From Octopus sinensis (Eukaryota): a DNA stretch of 64,000 nucleotides. Positions 1 to 11,444 of this stretch are shown here, piece after piece (position 1 is the stretch's first letter; every line of letters starts with the position of its first letter). Where the stretch lies: positions 51,088,001-51,152,000 of the forward strand of contig NC_043010.1 in NCBI RefSeq assembly GCF_006345805.1. The letters run 5' to 3'. The notes under the pieces were generated by a model. It saw only the letters and a program-made list of their open reading frames with translations, was not told where the DNA came from and made no database searches. The translations under genes and the position numbers were made by a program.

Positions 1-40
1 TCAGTTTTGCCAATTGTGGAAGTGTGTAGATTAGTGGTGG

Positions 41-338
41 TTGTTTGTTCCTTCTCGAGCCACACCTGGCTCATTAGGACCGGTTTCCTGGTTTCCTTGG
101 CGTATAGGTTCCCCACCTGGACAGGACCCCAGTCCATCGCAGGTGAGCTGCAAGATGCAGGAGAAAAGAGTGAGAGAAAGTTGTGGCGAAAGAGTCAGCA
201 GAAGTTCGCCATTACTTTCTGCTGGAGTCGCGTGGAGCTTAGGTGTTTCGCTCATAAACACACGTATCGCTTAGTCTGAGATTCAAACCCACGATCCCTC
301 GACTGTGAGTCTGCTGCTCTAACCACTAGGCCATGTGC
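41..338 (-). mobile_element. tRNA-derived SINE, family C
   Basis: A/B-box head on the minus strand; homologous to 24162-24458 and 29520-29840. Confidence 0.8.
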
Positions 339-1208
339 CTTCACGGATTAGTGGTTAGGGTATCAGATACATGATTGTAAGATTGTGGCTTTGATTCCTG
401 GATTGGGTGGTGTATTGTGTCCCTAAGCAAAACACTTCATTTCTTGTGGTTGCAGTCCACTCAGCTGCCAAAAACGAGTAATCATGTGGAAGACCAGTGT
501 CTCGTTGGTGGGTGGAGTCTATATGTCACAGTAACCAGGAAACCAGCATTATGAGTCTAGAGTCTATATCAGTGCTCTGCCACTGGTATGCCACGAGATG
601 AAGCTATGTGTACTGCAATGTAACCTGAATATAATGTTTTCCCCCATACTTTTACTTATATTTTTAGTTTAGGTGTGCCACTGGATTTTGAAAAGAATAT
701 AAGTGTTCCACAAGTGAAAAAAAGTTGTGGAGCACTGGTCAATTGGATCAGGAAGGATCTTTAACCATTTTTATTCAGTTTTGCCTTTCTTCTAAAGGCA
801 CAAAAGAACCAAGTGGTGGGGTGTCCATTCAGGCAATTCTACAAACACAAGAACTCAGAAGACAAAGGGCCAGAAAAAAAAATATGTACGTGTGAGTGAG
901 TGCACATGAATGTTTGTGTGCATGTATGTACAGGGGTGTAGCTAAGGTGAATGGTAACCAGAGCAAGCATCAAAATTTTGCCTCCTCACAACCAAAAAGT
1001 AGAAACTCACATAGAAATGGCTTAATTAGAAAATCATCTTGGCCAAAATTGCACTCCCTCAAAGTGGCACCTAGGAGATGTGCCCTGCTTGCCCCACCCT
1101 AGCTAGACCCCATGTATATATGTTCTTTGGTCCTCTTCTGAAACTTATTTTATATCTACCTGGACTTAACTCCCAACTTTGAAAATTTTATATATATATA
1201 TATATATA

Positions 1209-1257
<49 letters not shown>

Positions 1258-1576
1258 TGACAGATAGATAGATAGATAGATATGCCACAGGACCCCCCCC
1301 CCCAAAATAGACACCAATATTTAAGTGTTATCTAAGCTTAATAAAATTACCTATGAAGAAAAACAACCAATACCAATGTAGGTAATCTCCAGATACAAGC
1401 ATAACAAATATGAATTCCCATCACCAGCTACCAAACAGATATCATTATAGTTTTGACATCTGGACAGTCAATTTACCCCATGGTGTCAACAGCATTAAAA
1501 GCATAAATACTGCCTAGGTATATATATATATTGATAGATGTGTAGCCACTACACACATTTTTTTTCTCTCCTTGTT

Positions 1577-1614
1577 TCTTTCTGTGGAAGAGCATAGGCT
1601 TGAAACGTAAAAGA
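1577..1614 (+). ncRNA. Minimal hammerhead-like motif (variant core CUGUGGA + extra A)
   Basis: (U)CUUU-CUGUGGA-A-GAGC(auag)GCUU-GAAA-CG-UA-AAAG(A): stems I and II, palindromic ACGU stem III, GUA site. Confidence 0.5.
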
Positions 1615-1724
1615 CTTTTTCAATTTCCGAGCGTTAAACTAATACAGCTGTTTGTTTTCTACACCACCTGTCTTCCTCTTTTGTTTATTCGCGAATTCTC
1701 CCTATATATATATAAATACTGCCT

Positions 1725-1759
<35 letters not shown>

Positions 1760-1849
1760 CTACCTAGGTATATATATATATATATGTATATATATAAATA
1801 CTACCTAGGTATATATATATATATATTATATATATATATAATACTACCT

Positions 1850-1892
<43 letters not shown>

Positions 1893-1919
1893 AAAAAAAG
1901 CAACAAGAATGGATTAAAA

Positions 1920-2007
1920 TCTCGGTACGATCGTTTCGTACGAGGACATCTTTAATAAGCTACAAAAAATGCAGTGAATACAGATGGCTCGTACTCGTCA
2001 GCTGAAA
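1920..2007 (-). ncRNA. Type I hammerhead ribozyme (mirror copy, sense to REC8)
   Basis: Reverse complement of 2599-2686. Confidence 0.8.
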
Positions 2008-2598
2008 AAATATCAGAGAATTCCCAAACATCAAAAGGGGTAGATACAAAAGAGGTTGTAAGATTAACTGCATTGAAGAAAGTTCGATTCATGGAGATCC
2101 GATGAAAGGTTTTAAACCTATAGAATTTATGCATGTCTACATATAGCTCATATTGAATATTTGATCAAGTTGTATGAAGAAATGTTCGGATACAGTCATG
2201 CAAAATTTCTGAAAATCCGAGTAAGAGGCAAAGTGACTGCAAAAGAGGCAAAAAACCAAAAAATCGAACTTATCTGCAATTCTTGTAAATTTCAATAACA
2301 ATCTGTTCCTCTACACGATATGACAGTCACTATGTTTTTACTCAGACTTTCCTCTACATGATGTGGCAGTCACTTTGCCTCTTACTCGGATTTTCAGAAA
2401 TTTTGCATGACTGTATCCGAACATTTCTTCATACAACTTGATCAAATATTCAATATGAGCTATATGTAGACATGCATAAATTCTATAGGTTTAAAACCTT
2501 TCATCGGATCTCCATGAATCGAACTTTCTTCAATGCAGTTAATCTTACAACCTCTTTTGTATCTACCCCTTTTGATGTTTGGGAATTCTCTGATATTT

Positions 2599-2686
2599 TT
2601 TCAGCTGACGAGTACGAGCCATCTGTATTCACTGCATTTTTTGTAGCTTATTAAAGATGTCCTCGTACGAAACGATCGTACCGAGA
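2599..2686 (+). ncRNA. Type I hammerhead ribozyme
   Basis: CUGACGA-GUACGAG...CUCGUAC-GAAA-CGAUCG-UA; 7-bp stem II, palindromic stem III, stem I with one mismatch. Confidence 0.8.
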
Positions 2687-2834
2687 TTTTAATCCATTCT
2701 TGTTGCTTTTTTTCCTATTTATAATCACCCCACTTGTCGTATGGTTAACACCATATAGATATCCGGTGCATCCTAGTTAAGGACCATATTCATGTGAATT
2801 CTTTAGAATTCACTAGAATCTCAATTACTTAACC

Positions 2835-2875
<41 letters not shown>

Positions 2876-3177
2876 CTGCCTAGGTATATATATATATTCT
2901 TTTACTTGTTTCAGTCATTTGACTGTGGCCATGCTGGAGCACCGCCTTAGAGGGTTTTTAGTCAAAGAAATCAACTGTAGGACTTATTCTTTATAAGCCT
3001 AGTACTTATTCTAGCTGTCTCTTTTGCTGAACTGCTAAGTTACTGGGACAAACACATCAACATCGGCTGTCATGTAATGGTGGGGAGATGTGGGCAAATA
3101 CCGACACACACATTGATCTATATATATATATATATATAATATATATATATATAAATACTGCCTAGGTATATATATAT

Positions 3178-3431
3178 ATTCTTTTACTTGTTTCAGTCAT
3201 TGACTGTGGCCATGCTGGAGCACCGCCTTAGAGGGTTTTTAGTCAAAGAAATCAACTGTAGGACTTATTCTTTATAAGCCTAGTACTTATTCTAGCTGTC
3301 TCTTTTGCTGAACTGCTAAGTTACTGGGACAAACACATCAACATCGGCTGTCATGTAATGGTGGGGAGATGTGGGCAAATACCGACACACACATTGATCT
3401 ATATATATATATATATACATGTATGTATGTA

Positions 3432-3473
<42 letters not shown>

Positions 3474-3622
3474 ATGGGCTTCTTTCAGTTTCCTTCTACC
3501 AAATTCACTCACAACACTTCAGTCAGCGCAAGGCTATAGAAAAAGGACTTCTTCTAGGTGCCACACAGTGGCACTGAACCCAAAACCGTGTGGTTGGAAA
3601 GCAAGCTTCTTACCACCCAGCC
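3178..3622 (-). mobile_element. tRNA-derived SINE family A, tail duplicated at 2897-3115
   Basis: Family A consensus; 282-bp tandem duplication starting at 2871 and 3153. Confidence 0.8.
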
Positions 3623-3638
3623 ATATATATGTTTTTAC

Positions 3639-3787
3639 CTTCTTTTCCGAGGAGTGCTTTCATGCAAAGAATCTTTTGATTTTCCACTTTTAATACTGAC
3701 AGGAGTCACACTTCTCTCAATTAAGCTTGACCTTTGACGCTCACTAACAACAGAGGATGGTCGAGGCAACTCTACAGATGAAAGGTC
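3639..3787 (-). CDS. REC8: REC8 coding exon 14 (DLSSVELPRPSSVVSERQR...STPRKR); gene continues toward or beyond window start
   Basis: TAG/GTAAAA, 149 nt, phase 0-2, Ser-rich linker. No C-terminal winged-helix exon was found in 1-3638. Confidence 0.72.
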
Positions 3788-3914
3788 CTACAAGAGACAA
3801 AAGCTTAACATTCAGACATCATAATTTTTTCAAATGTTTAAAACAGCTTTTAAAACAGTTTTTGTGGAGGAAAAAAAAATTTAAACAATCAGTTCTTGCT
3901 AGTAAGAATAAAAA

Positions 3915-4330
3915 TAAGGTGGCGAGCAGGCAGAAACGTTAGCACACCGGGCGAAATGCTTTGCGGTATTTTGTCTGCCGCTACGTTCTGAGTTCAAATT
4001 CCGCCGAGGTCGACTTTGCCTTTCATCCTTTTGGGGTCGATTAAATAAGTACCAGTTACGCACTGGGGTCGATATAATCGACTTAATCCGTTTGTCTGTC
4101 CTTGTATGTCCCCTCTGTGTTTAGCCCCTTGTGGGTAGTAAAGAAATAGGTATTTTGTCTGCCATTATGTTCTGAGTTCCTATTCCACCAAGGTTGACTT
4201 TGCCTCTCATCCTTTCAGGGTCGATAAATTAAGTACCAGTTACACACTGGGGTTGATGTAATCGACTTAATCCCTTTGTCTGTCCTTGTTTGTCCCCTCT
4301 GTGTTTAGCCCCTTGTGGGTAATAAAGAAA
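3915..4330 (+). mobile_element. SINE family B, dimeric body
   Basis: GGCGAGCAGGCAGAAACGTTAGCAC head, then two ~190-bp units each ending ...AAAGAAAT(AG). Confidence 0.8.
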
Positions 4331-4719
4331 TCAGAATAAAATTTCTAAAACAGATAGAGGTATTTGAAGGATTGTTTTGGTACAATGGTAGAATGTCTGT
4401 CCTGTGGATTTGTGTCTCACAGGCAGCCTTCAACTGTTTCTATTCAAAGGGATTTTTAACCCACGCTATTTTTAACGTGCTATTATTTAGAAAGAAAGGC
4501 CAAGTTGACCATGGTAAGATATGAGCTTAGGAAGTAGTGAGATTGATATAATTAACTGAAACCTTTCAATATGGTGCACCAGCATGGCCACAGTGCAATA
4601 ACTGAGACAAATGAAAGAATTTCTAATTTCCGAAGGTAAGAAACAAGTGTTGAAAGTATCAAAGGCACAGCAAAAATATTGACTATATTTCAGATTAAAA
4701 GATTAAAAAATTAACATAC

Positions 4720-4763
4720 CTGTAGTTGATCAGACCTGGGAGTTGATGAGGATTCAGTGCTCA
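4720..4763 (-). CDS. REC8: REC8 coding exon 13 (LSTESSSTPRSDQLQ)
   Basis: TAG/GTATGT, 44 nt, phase 1-0. Confidence 0.7.
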
Positions 4764-5184
4764 CTAAACAATAAAAGAAACAGAAATTAATAAATAAGTT
4801 GTACAAAAACACGGGATGATTCATATTCAACAAGTGATGATTGTAAAGATTTTAATTCAAGTGTTTCACATTAACACTCTTGAAACCAATCCTCCTCAGA
4901 TTGCTTCTGATTCTGTGACACGAAACTGCTAGTTCAAAAGTGAAGTGATAATCACAAAGTTGCAGTTTCAATCGCTACATATGCAGTCAGCATATTGTGC
5001 TCCTGAGCAGGTTGCTTTGCAACCACATGGTTTCAGGTTCAACTTCACTGCATGGTTACAGGCAAGTTCACTACTATCGATTCACCATGAAGAAAGTTCA
5101 CTATGAGGAAAGTTTACTGAGAAAGTATATCCACAGTATCTCCCCATTAATAGTAAAAATAATGAAGATCAAAAAGTGCAATCA

Positions 5185-5580
5185 GATACTCTTTTACTCT
5201 CTTACTTGTTTGAGTCATTTGACTGCAGCCATGCTGGAGCGCTGCCTTTAGTCGAGCAAATCGACCCCAGGACTTATTCTTTGTAAGCCTAATACTTATT
5301 CTATCATTCTCTTTTTGCCGAACTGCTAAGTTATGGGGACGTAAACACATCAGCATCGGTTGTCAAGCGATGTTGGGGGGGGGGGACAAACACAGACACA
5401 CACACATATATATACATATATACGACGGGCTTCTTTCAGTTTCCATCAGCCAAATCCACTCACAAGGCTTTGGTCAGCTCGAGGCTATAGTAGAAGACAC
5501 TTGCCCAAGGTGCCACACAGTGGGACTGAACCCGGAACCATGTGGTTGGTAAGCAAGCTACTTACCACACAGCCACTCCT
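5185..5580 (-). mobile_element. tRNA-derived SINE, family A
   Basis: GGAGTGGCTGTGTGGTAAG...GGTTCAGTCCC head, internal (TA)/(TG) microsatellite, ...ACTGAAACAAGTAAAAGAG tail. About 20 copies in the window, e.g. 10336-10740+, 12968-13343+, 26560-26965+, 30545-30815+, 40370-40765-, 46480-46835+, 53890-54315+, 56465-56850-. Confidence 0.85.
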
Positions 5581-6418
5581 ATCTTTTGGGTTAAAACATA
5601 GTATGTACTAAATACGAAGAAAAATAAGCTTAGTTTTAAATTCACACTTCCTTACAACATAAATCAACACAAAATTCAAATTTACATTATTCAAAATTGT
5701 GTTTGAATTGATGACAGTGAACTTACAGGACATTCCACTGCATAAGCTGATCAAACTTTGTGAGTGAATTTGATAGACAGGAACTGTGTGGAAGCCTGTT
5801 AAATATGTGTGTGTCTTTGTGTTTATCTCCACCATCACTTGACAACCAGTGTTGGTTTGTTTATATTCTTGTAACTTAGTGGTCTGGTAAAGGAGACTGC
5901 TAGAATAAGTACCAGACTTTAAATAAAAAACGTAAGTAGTGGTGTTGATTTATTTGATTAAATCTTTTGAGGAAAACCTTGTTCTGTGGAAATAGTCTCA
6001 GGAGAAATATCTCCTTTTAAACAACATGTGTGGAAACACATGGGGCTATGAATGATGTCACCTGATTGTAGGATGCATGCATTTCTGCATTGTTATGTAT
6101 TATCAGCCAGAAATACCAAATTCATCCTTCACAGCTATTTCATAACGACAGTTCTGATATGTGGAAAAAGCCCAAAATAAATTTGCTGATGTTGGAATGT
6201 ATTAAATAGCAGTGTTGAATAAAATATATGCATGTACAATAATATTTAAGACAATTTGAATCTTGTGTTGATTTATGCTACAAAGAAATGTGAATTTAAA
6301 ATTAAGCTTATTTTTCTTCATATTTAGTACATACTATAGTCAAATAACTGAACAGCTGAAAACTCATGATCTCTCTTTCTCTGTGTGTGTGTGTGTGTGT
6401 GTGGTGTGTGTGTGTGTG

Positions 6419-6454
<36 letters not shown>

Positions 6455-6740
6455 TTATCCAATATTCACATCCTATTATTTCTTATGATATAAAGAACAT
6501 ACAATTCTCACTAGTAAGAACAAAGCTTCTAAAATAGATATAATATTTCAAATGGTTGCTTTGGTCCACTGGCAGAACATCTATCATAGTTACTAAAATA
6601 TAGTTTCAAATCCTATGAGAAACCTCTTAATTTTTTTTTTCTATCCAGAGTGAGGGCTTTTAACCCAATCTTCATAGTTTTATCTACTTTGAATCCAACA
6701 AATTCTTGTTAAAACATAATGGAACAGCCAAAATACTCAC

Positions 6741-6857
6741 ACACTAGTTCTGGTACACAAAAAATAGGTCTTTTCTGATCTGATTCCGTTTCACTGAAAT
6801 CTTCAACTTGTTTTAAGTTTCTTGCCCAAAGTGGAAACAAAAGCTTTTGTCTTAGCT
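6741..6857 (-). CDS. REC8: REC8 coding exon 12 (ELRQKLLFPLWARNLKQVEDFSETESDQKRPIFCVPELV)
   Basis: CAG/GTGAGT, 117 nt, phase 1-1; LxxLW motif as in REC8 ELLGLW. Confidence 0.82.
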
Positions 6858-7169
6858 CTGAAAATAATTTTAAAAATATGTAAATCAATCTTTCCGTGCT
6901 TATTTCCACTAGCAGAACACTGCTTGAAGGGTGGTTATTTTCCTAGTATTCCTAATAAAAACAGTTGACTAGAAGAAAGAGAGAAATAGAGAGTATTGGA
7001 AAAGAAAGGAAGTGAAAGTAACAGGATGCGAGAGAAAAGAAGGAAAAAATATTAAATAACAGGAGAGAGAAATACAAGAAGGCATAGAGGGAGGGGTATA
7101 AGATCTTCAAAAGTGCTTTTAGTAAATGTTACATACTAATTAAGCAGATATCCTTTTTATAGTATAGAA

Positions 7170-7370
7170 CAGTGGTTTTCAACCAGGGTTCCGCCAGTAC
7201 AGTCCAGGGGTTCTGCAAGAAGTTGCAAAACTGCTAAAATCAGCAGTAATTTTTAATTCTCCTGTGCAGATATGTGTGCATAAGACTATTATATTATTGC
7301 ACAGGGGTTCCTCGAGCCAGTGGAATGTTTTCTTGGGGTTCCGCTCCCGCAAAAAGTTTGAAAAGCACTG
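7170..7370. mobile_element. hAT-type MITE
   Basis: TIR CAGTGGTTTTCAA/TTGAAAAGCACTG; 8-bp TSD GTATAGAA. Confidence 0.85.
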
Positions 7371-7915
7371 GTATAGAAGCTCTCTTGCATGTTATTTGAC
7401 TTCAAATTCATAGATCTTGAGACCAAATTAACAGCAAGTTTTATCATCCTGTCTTTCATCATGCATACTCACACACACACATATTCCATCTAATGTCTGT
7501 TTTACCATGCTAGCATTGCTTATATAGGAGATTACCGAGGCAGGAATTTTACAGCCAGATGCTATTTCTGTCACCAATCCACACCTGTTTTCCAATAAGG
7601 AATATTTTTTATTGTTATATTTTAGGATGGTCATTTTTTTTTTTTGCCAAATAAACACACGCACTGTGCCGGAGTGCAGGTAACACATAAAAAAAAACCA
7701 CAATTTTCCGTGACCATTGCCAGTACCATTTGACTGGCCCTCATGCCGGTGGCATGTAAAAGCACCCACTACACTCTCGGAGTGGTTGGTGTTAGGAAGG
7801 GCATCCAGCTGTAGAAACTCTGTCAGATCAGATTGGAGACTGGTGCAGCCATCTGGTTCGCCAGTCCTCAGTCAAATCGTCCAACCCATGCTAGCATGGA
7901 AAGCGGATGTTAAGC

Positions 7916-7947
<32 letters not shown>

Positions 7948-8188
7948 CTATATAGTTGTTCTTCACCTGTTTATTATTAATTTTTATTCCAGAAGAATTC
8001 AAAAGCACATTAATTAACTTTATTAATGAACGTCAAGCCACTGGAAAGCTAACAATCCAAATAGAACACTTCTAGGCTTGGATGCACCCTACACAAGGGC
8101 AGAGTACCTTCTCTCTGTATATATGGTTCAAAGAATACAACATTAATAAACTAAATACTACTGAAATGTATTGCCAAATATTTCTTAC

Positions 8189-8261
8189 CTTTTCTGGCAG
8201 GATTCTTAAAGAGTTCTTTGAATGTACTGGCTAGCAGAAGGGGATGGCATACTTGAACATC
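8189..8261 (-). CDS. REC8: REC8 coding exon 11 (DVQVCHPLLLASTFKELFKNPARK)
   Basis: TAG/GTAAGA, 73 nt, phase 0-1; ELFKNP is comparable to REC8 ELFRTP. Confidence 0.85.
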
Positions 8262-8393
8262 CTATCAAAACAGGAGATAGTAGCAGTTTAAAAGGTGACT
8301 GAATAATTATTTGTAGCTGAAAAGTTTGATAGGATGATCTGGCAGGATCATCCTACTAGGGCCTTACTCTCATTTGACACAGCAGCTGTGGGT

Positions 8394-8621
8394 TTAACCC
8401 TTTCGATACCAACCCAGCTGAAACCACCTCTGGCTCTGTAGTACAAATGTTTTGTTTTCATAAGTTTTGAATTAAAATCTTCTACCAAACTTTAGTCGCG
8501 ATTTATGCTCTTAACCCTAGCTTAATGATGACAAAATTATTTTACTAAATTCCTTGTTATATCTAAAATTAATTGAAAGAAACAGAACATCTCAAAATAA
8601 ATACAGTAACGAAAGGGTTAA
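8394..8621. mobile_element. piggyBac-like MITE
   Basis: TTAA-CCCTTTCG...CGAAAGGG-TTAA. Confidence 0.8.
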
Positions 8622-9270
8622 AGGGATCCTGTAGCAGGCCCAACACCAGATGGCAGGAAGTGATTAAGGAAATTCTCCAGAGGCTTGGTGTTGTCTTGGA
8701 AGATGCATAGGGGCTGGCCAAAGCTGATATGGAGCAAGAAGCAGCCCTGTGGCTCGCCGGACCCTCTCAAATAATCCAGCCCAAGCCAGCATAGAAAACT
8801 GATGTTAGATGATGATGATGATGATGGTGGTGACAATGATGAAGATTTATATTTCATGTCATCACTTTAGATTTATTATCATAGGCACACGTGTGGCTGT
8901 GTGGTTAAGAAGCTTACTTCCCAACCACATGGTTTGGGGTTCAGCCCCACTGCATGCCACCTTGGATAAGCATATTCTATTATTACCCAGGCTCAACCAA
9001 TACCTAGTGAATGAATTTAGTAGATGGAAACTATGTGGAAGCCCACAAATGTGTGATAGAGTAATAATTACAAGACTTAAAAAGAAAAAAGAAAACAGTT
9101 TAAACGCTGGGGTCAATTTGTTCAACTAAAACTCTTCAAGGCAGTGCCCAAGCATGGCCACAGTCCAATGACTAAAATAAGTTTCGAAAAAATACAATAT
9201 AGCAAGAGCAAGGAATTTATTATCTTAAACATCCCTCAATACAAATATAAGATAACAAACTAATGTTTAC

Positions 9271-9420
9271 CTGTATGTTTCTCACAATATCTCTTGTATT
9301 TACTATGTTCTGTAGTATATCTTTCTTGTTAATACAAATATCGACATCAACCTTCAAATGCCGTACATGACGTCTTCTTCGAGGGCTCTCAATTGGAGGA
9401 AGGACCAATGGAATAATGCG
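9271..9420 (-). CDS. REC8: REC8 coding exon 10 (RIIPLVLPPIESPRRRRHVRHLKVDVDICINKKDILQNI...)
   Basis: TAG/GTAAAC, 150 nt, phase 0-0. Basic run followed by LxxDxxxxI, equivalent to the REC8/RAD21 STAG-binding segment RRRRRLLFWDKETQI. Confidence 0.85.
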
Positions 9421-9689
9421 CTAGAAATTGGACAAGACATGTCAGAATGCCAGATGTACAGTATATAATAGGTGGTTCCCAACCCTTTTATTGAAATGAG
9501 TTTTCCCATGGACCCCTTTTAATATACTTATCCCTATGTATATATATATATATATATATATATTTAATTAAAATCTTAGGGTAGCAAGAATATTTATTGA
9601 AAAATTTCTTAGTTACCAATGGTCTAGCAAGAAGGAAAAAATTAGTCAACAGACTATATATTATTCAGAGAAAAATACAGTGTACATTC

Positions 9690-9897
9690 AAACACAAAAA
9701 ATAGACACCCAAAGAATAGGATATCTGACTCACTAGAAAGAGCAGTTAAACTCCAAGCCACTAATTGTTGTTATTCTGTTTTCAATCACTTTCAGAATTA
9801 CAACAATTAGTGGCTTGGAGTTTAACTGCTCTTTCTAGTGAGTCAGATATCCTATTCTTTGGCTATCTCTTTTGTGTTTGAATGTACACTGTATTCT
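9690..9897. repeat. Fold-back (inverted arms ~85-100 bp), probable Penelope-like terminus
   Basis: GATATCTGACTCACTAGAAAGAGCAGTTAAACTCCAAGCCACTAATTG and its reverse complement, next to (TA)n. Confidence 0.55.
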
Positions 9898-9911
9898 TAT
9901 ATATATATGTG

Positions 9912-9998
<87 letters not shown>

Positions 9999-10034
9999 AA
10001 CAAAGTGTACATATGCTGCTACATATATATATAT

Positions 10035-10330
10035 ATATAATACAAAATGGGACAACAATGCAAAACATCCAGACAGCTAGGTGATACAAAAAGGGACAAC
10101 AAAATATCCAGATAGACGATACAAAGAAAACAAGGTCGGGTCATTCGAAATTTTCTTTCTTCAGTCAAGTACCAGATTATCCTCACAGCCGAAATTGTGA
10201 GGATCTTTCTTCAAATGACCCGTCCTTGTTTTCTTTATATCGTCTATCTGGATGTTTGTTGTCCCATTTTTGTATCACCTAGCTGTCCGGATGTTTTGCG
10301 TTCTTGTCCCATTTTGTATTTTATAAATAT
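10035..10330. repeat. Fold-back (imperfect arms ~120 bp), probable Penelope-like terminus
   Basis: ACAAAATGGGACAA...GGGTCATT versus AATGACCC...TTGTCCCATTTTGT, in (TA)n. Confidence 0.55.
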
Positions 10331-10335
10331 ATATA

Positions 10336-10740
10336 GGAGTGGCTGTGTGGTAAGTAGCTTGCTAACCAGCCACATGGTTCTGGGTTCAGTCCCACTGCGT
10401 GGCATCTTGGGAAAGTGTCTTCTGCTATAGCCCCGGGCCGACCAATGCATTGTGAATGGATTTGGTAGACGGAAACTGAAAGAAGCCTGTCGTATATATG
10501 TATATATATGTGTGTGTGTGTGTGTTTGTGTGTCTGTGTTTGTCCCCCTAGCATTGCTTGACAACCGATGCTGGTGTGTTTACGTCCCCGTCACTTAGCG
10601 GTTCGGCAAAAGAGACCGATAGAATAAGTACTGGGCTTACAAAAGAATAAGTCCCGGGGTCGATTTGCTCGACTAAAGGCGGTGCTCCAGCATGGCCGCA
10701 GTCAAATGACTGAAACAAGTAAAAGAGAGTAAAGAGAGAT
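10336..10740 (+). mobile_element. tRNA-derived SINE, family A
   Basis: Full-length copy. Confidence 0.85.
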
Positions 10741-10851
10741 ATATATGTTGGTAAAAATGGTAAGATAACAAAAGAAAGAAAGAGCCCTCAATATTATGTA
10801 AATAGAGGAAATTTATCTGTAAATTAATATGTGACAATTATTTGGTAGCCA

Positions 10852-10914
10852 AGATAAAACTCTGAGTTTTGGATGCCGAGGTGGAAATCCACACCACCAT
10901 CTCTTTGGTTATCT
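10852..10914 (-). ncRNA. Degenerate hammerhead motif
   Basis: AGAUAA/UUAUCU stem I, core decayed to CCAAAGA, stem III ACUC-A-GAGU, GUU site. The inverted sister arm (10922-10987) keeps GAAACUCAGAGUU. Confidence 0.45.
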
Positions 10915-10984
10915 GGCCAACTTGGCATCCGAAACTCAGAGTTTTATCTTGGCTACCGAATAATTGTCACATATTAATTTACAG

Positions 10985-11017
<33 letters not shown>

Positions 11018-11444
11018 TAAATTTTAGTTCATGGACCTCCAGTACTACCTTTGCAGACCACCTAGGGTCTGTGGGCCCCTGGTTGGAAACCGCTGGTATA
11101 TAATTTCAGGTTAGTTTTAGATGTTCTAAATATTTTGTTCACTGAAGTGAACAGTATATAAATTCTATTCTATCCACACTGCATAAAACCTGTTATATAG
11201 ACTGCAATAATCAATAAAACAGAATTAATATTTTAAAATTTATTCTTTCTGTGCAGCTCAGTGCCAAATGATCCATGGCCCAGCACTAGTCAGCAGCCCA
11301 ATGGTTATGGAACCCCGGTCTAAGGAACACTGTGTCTAGGACAAAAGAACAGAACACAACTGGAATGCTTTTGATGATGAGCTTCCTCAGTCAGGGCTAT
11401 CTTGGGGCTAAACAACAGCTTGGAGCTTTGCAGTTGGTCTAGAT

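Larger units (their letters stand above)
1888..2816. mobile_element. Penelope-like element terminus with inverted partial copy
   Basis: 353-bp arms (1888-2240 and 2366-2718), a hammerhead in each arm, ~100-bp extension on one arm, flanked by (TA)n. Confidence 0.7.
9469..11095. mobile_element. hAT-type MITE expanded by nested insertions
   Basis: TIR (T)AGGTGGTTCCCAACC/GGTTGGAAACCGCTG; 8-bp TSD GTATATAA. Confidence 0.75.

Noticed and set aside
1160-1176. 17-nt REC8 micro-exon (SWELSP) and a further exon near 800-860
   Set aside because: Phase fits exon 14, but the acceptor abuts a microsatellite, and the next candidate exon runs into stops with no winged-helix similarity.
1505-1860. CRISPR-like repeat-spacer appearance
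   Set aside because: Eukaryotic context, spacers are only (TA)n, and no cas genes are present.
1952-2654. Duplicated 60-aa ORF MHKFYRFK... on both strands
   Set aside because: A by-product of the inverted repeat; no recognisable domain.
10150-10200. Type II hammerhead from GCC-GAAA...CUGAAGA on the minus strand
   Set aside because: Stem I cannot form and stem II partners are missing.
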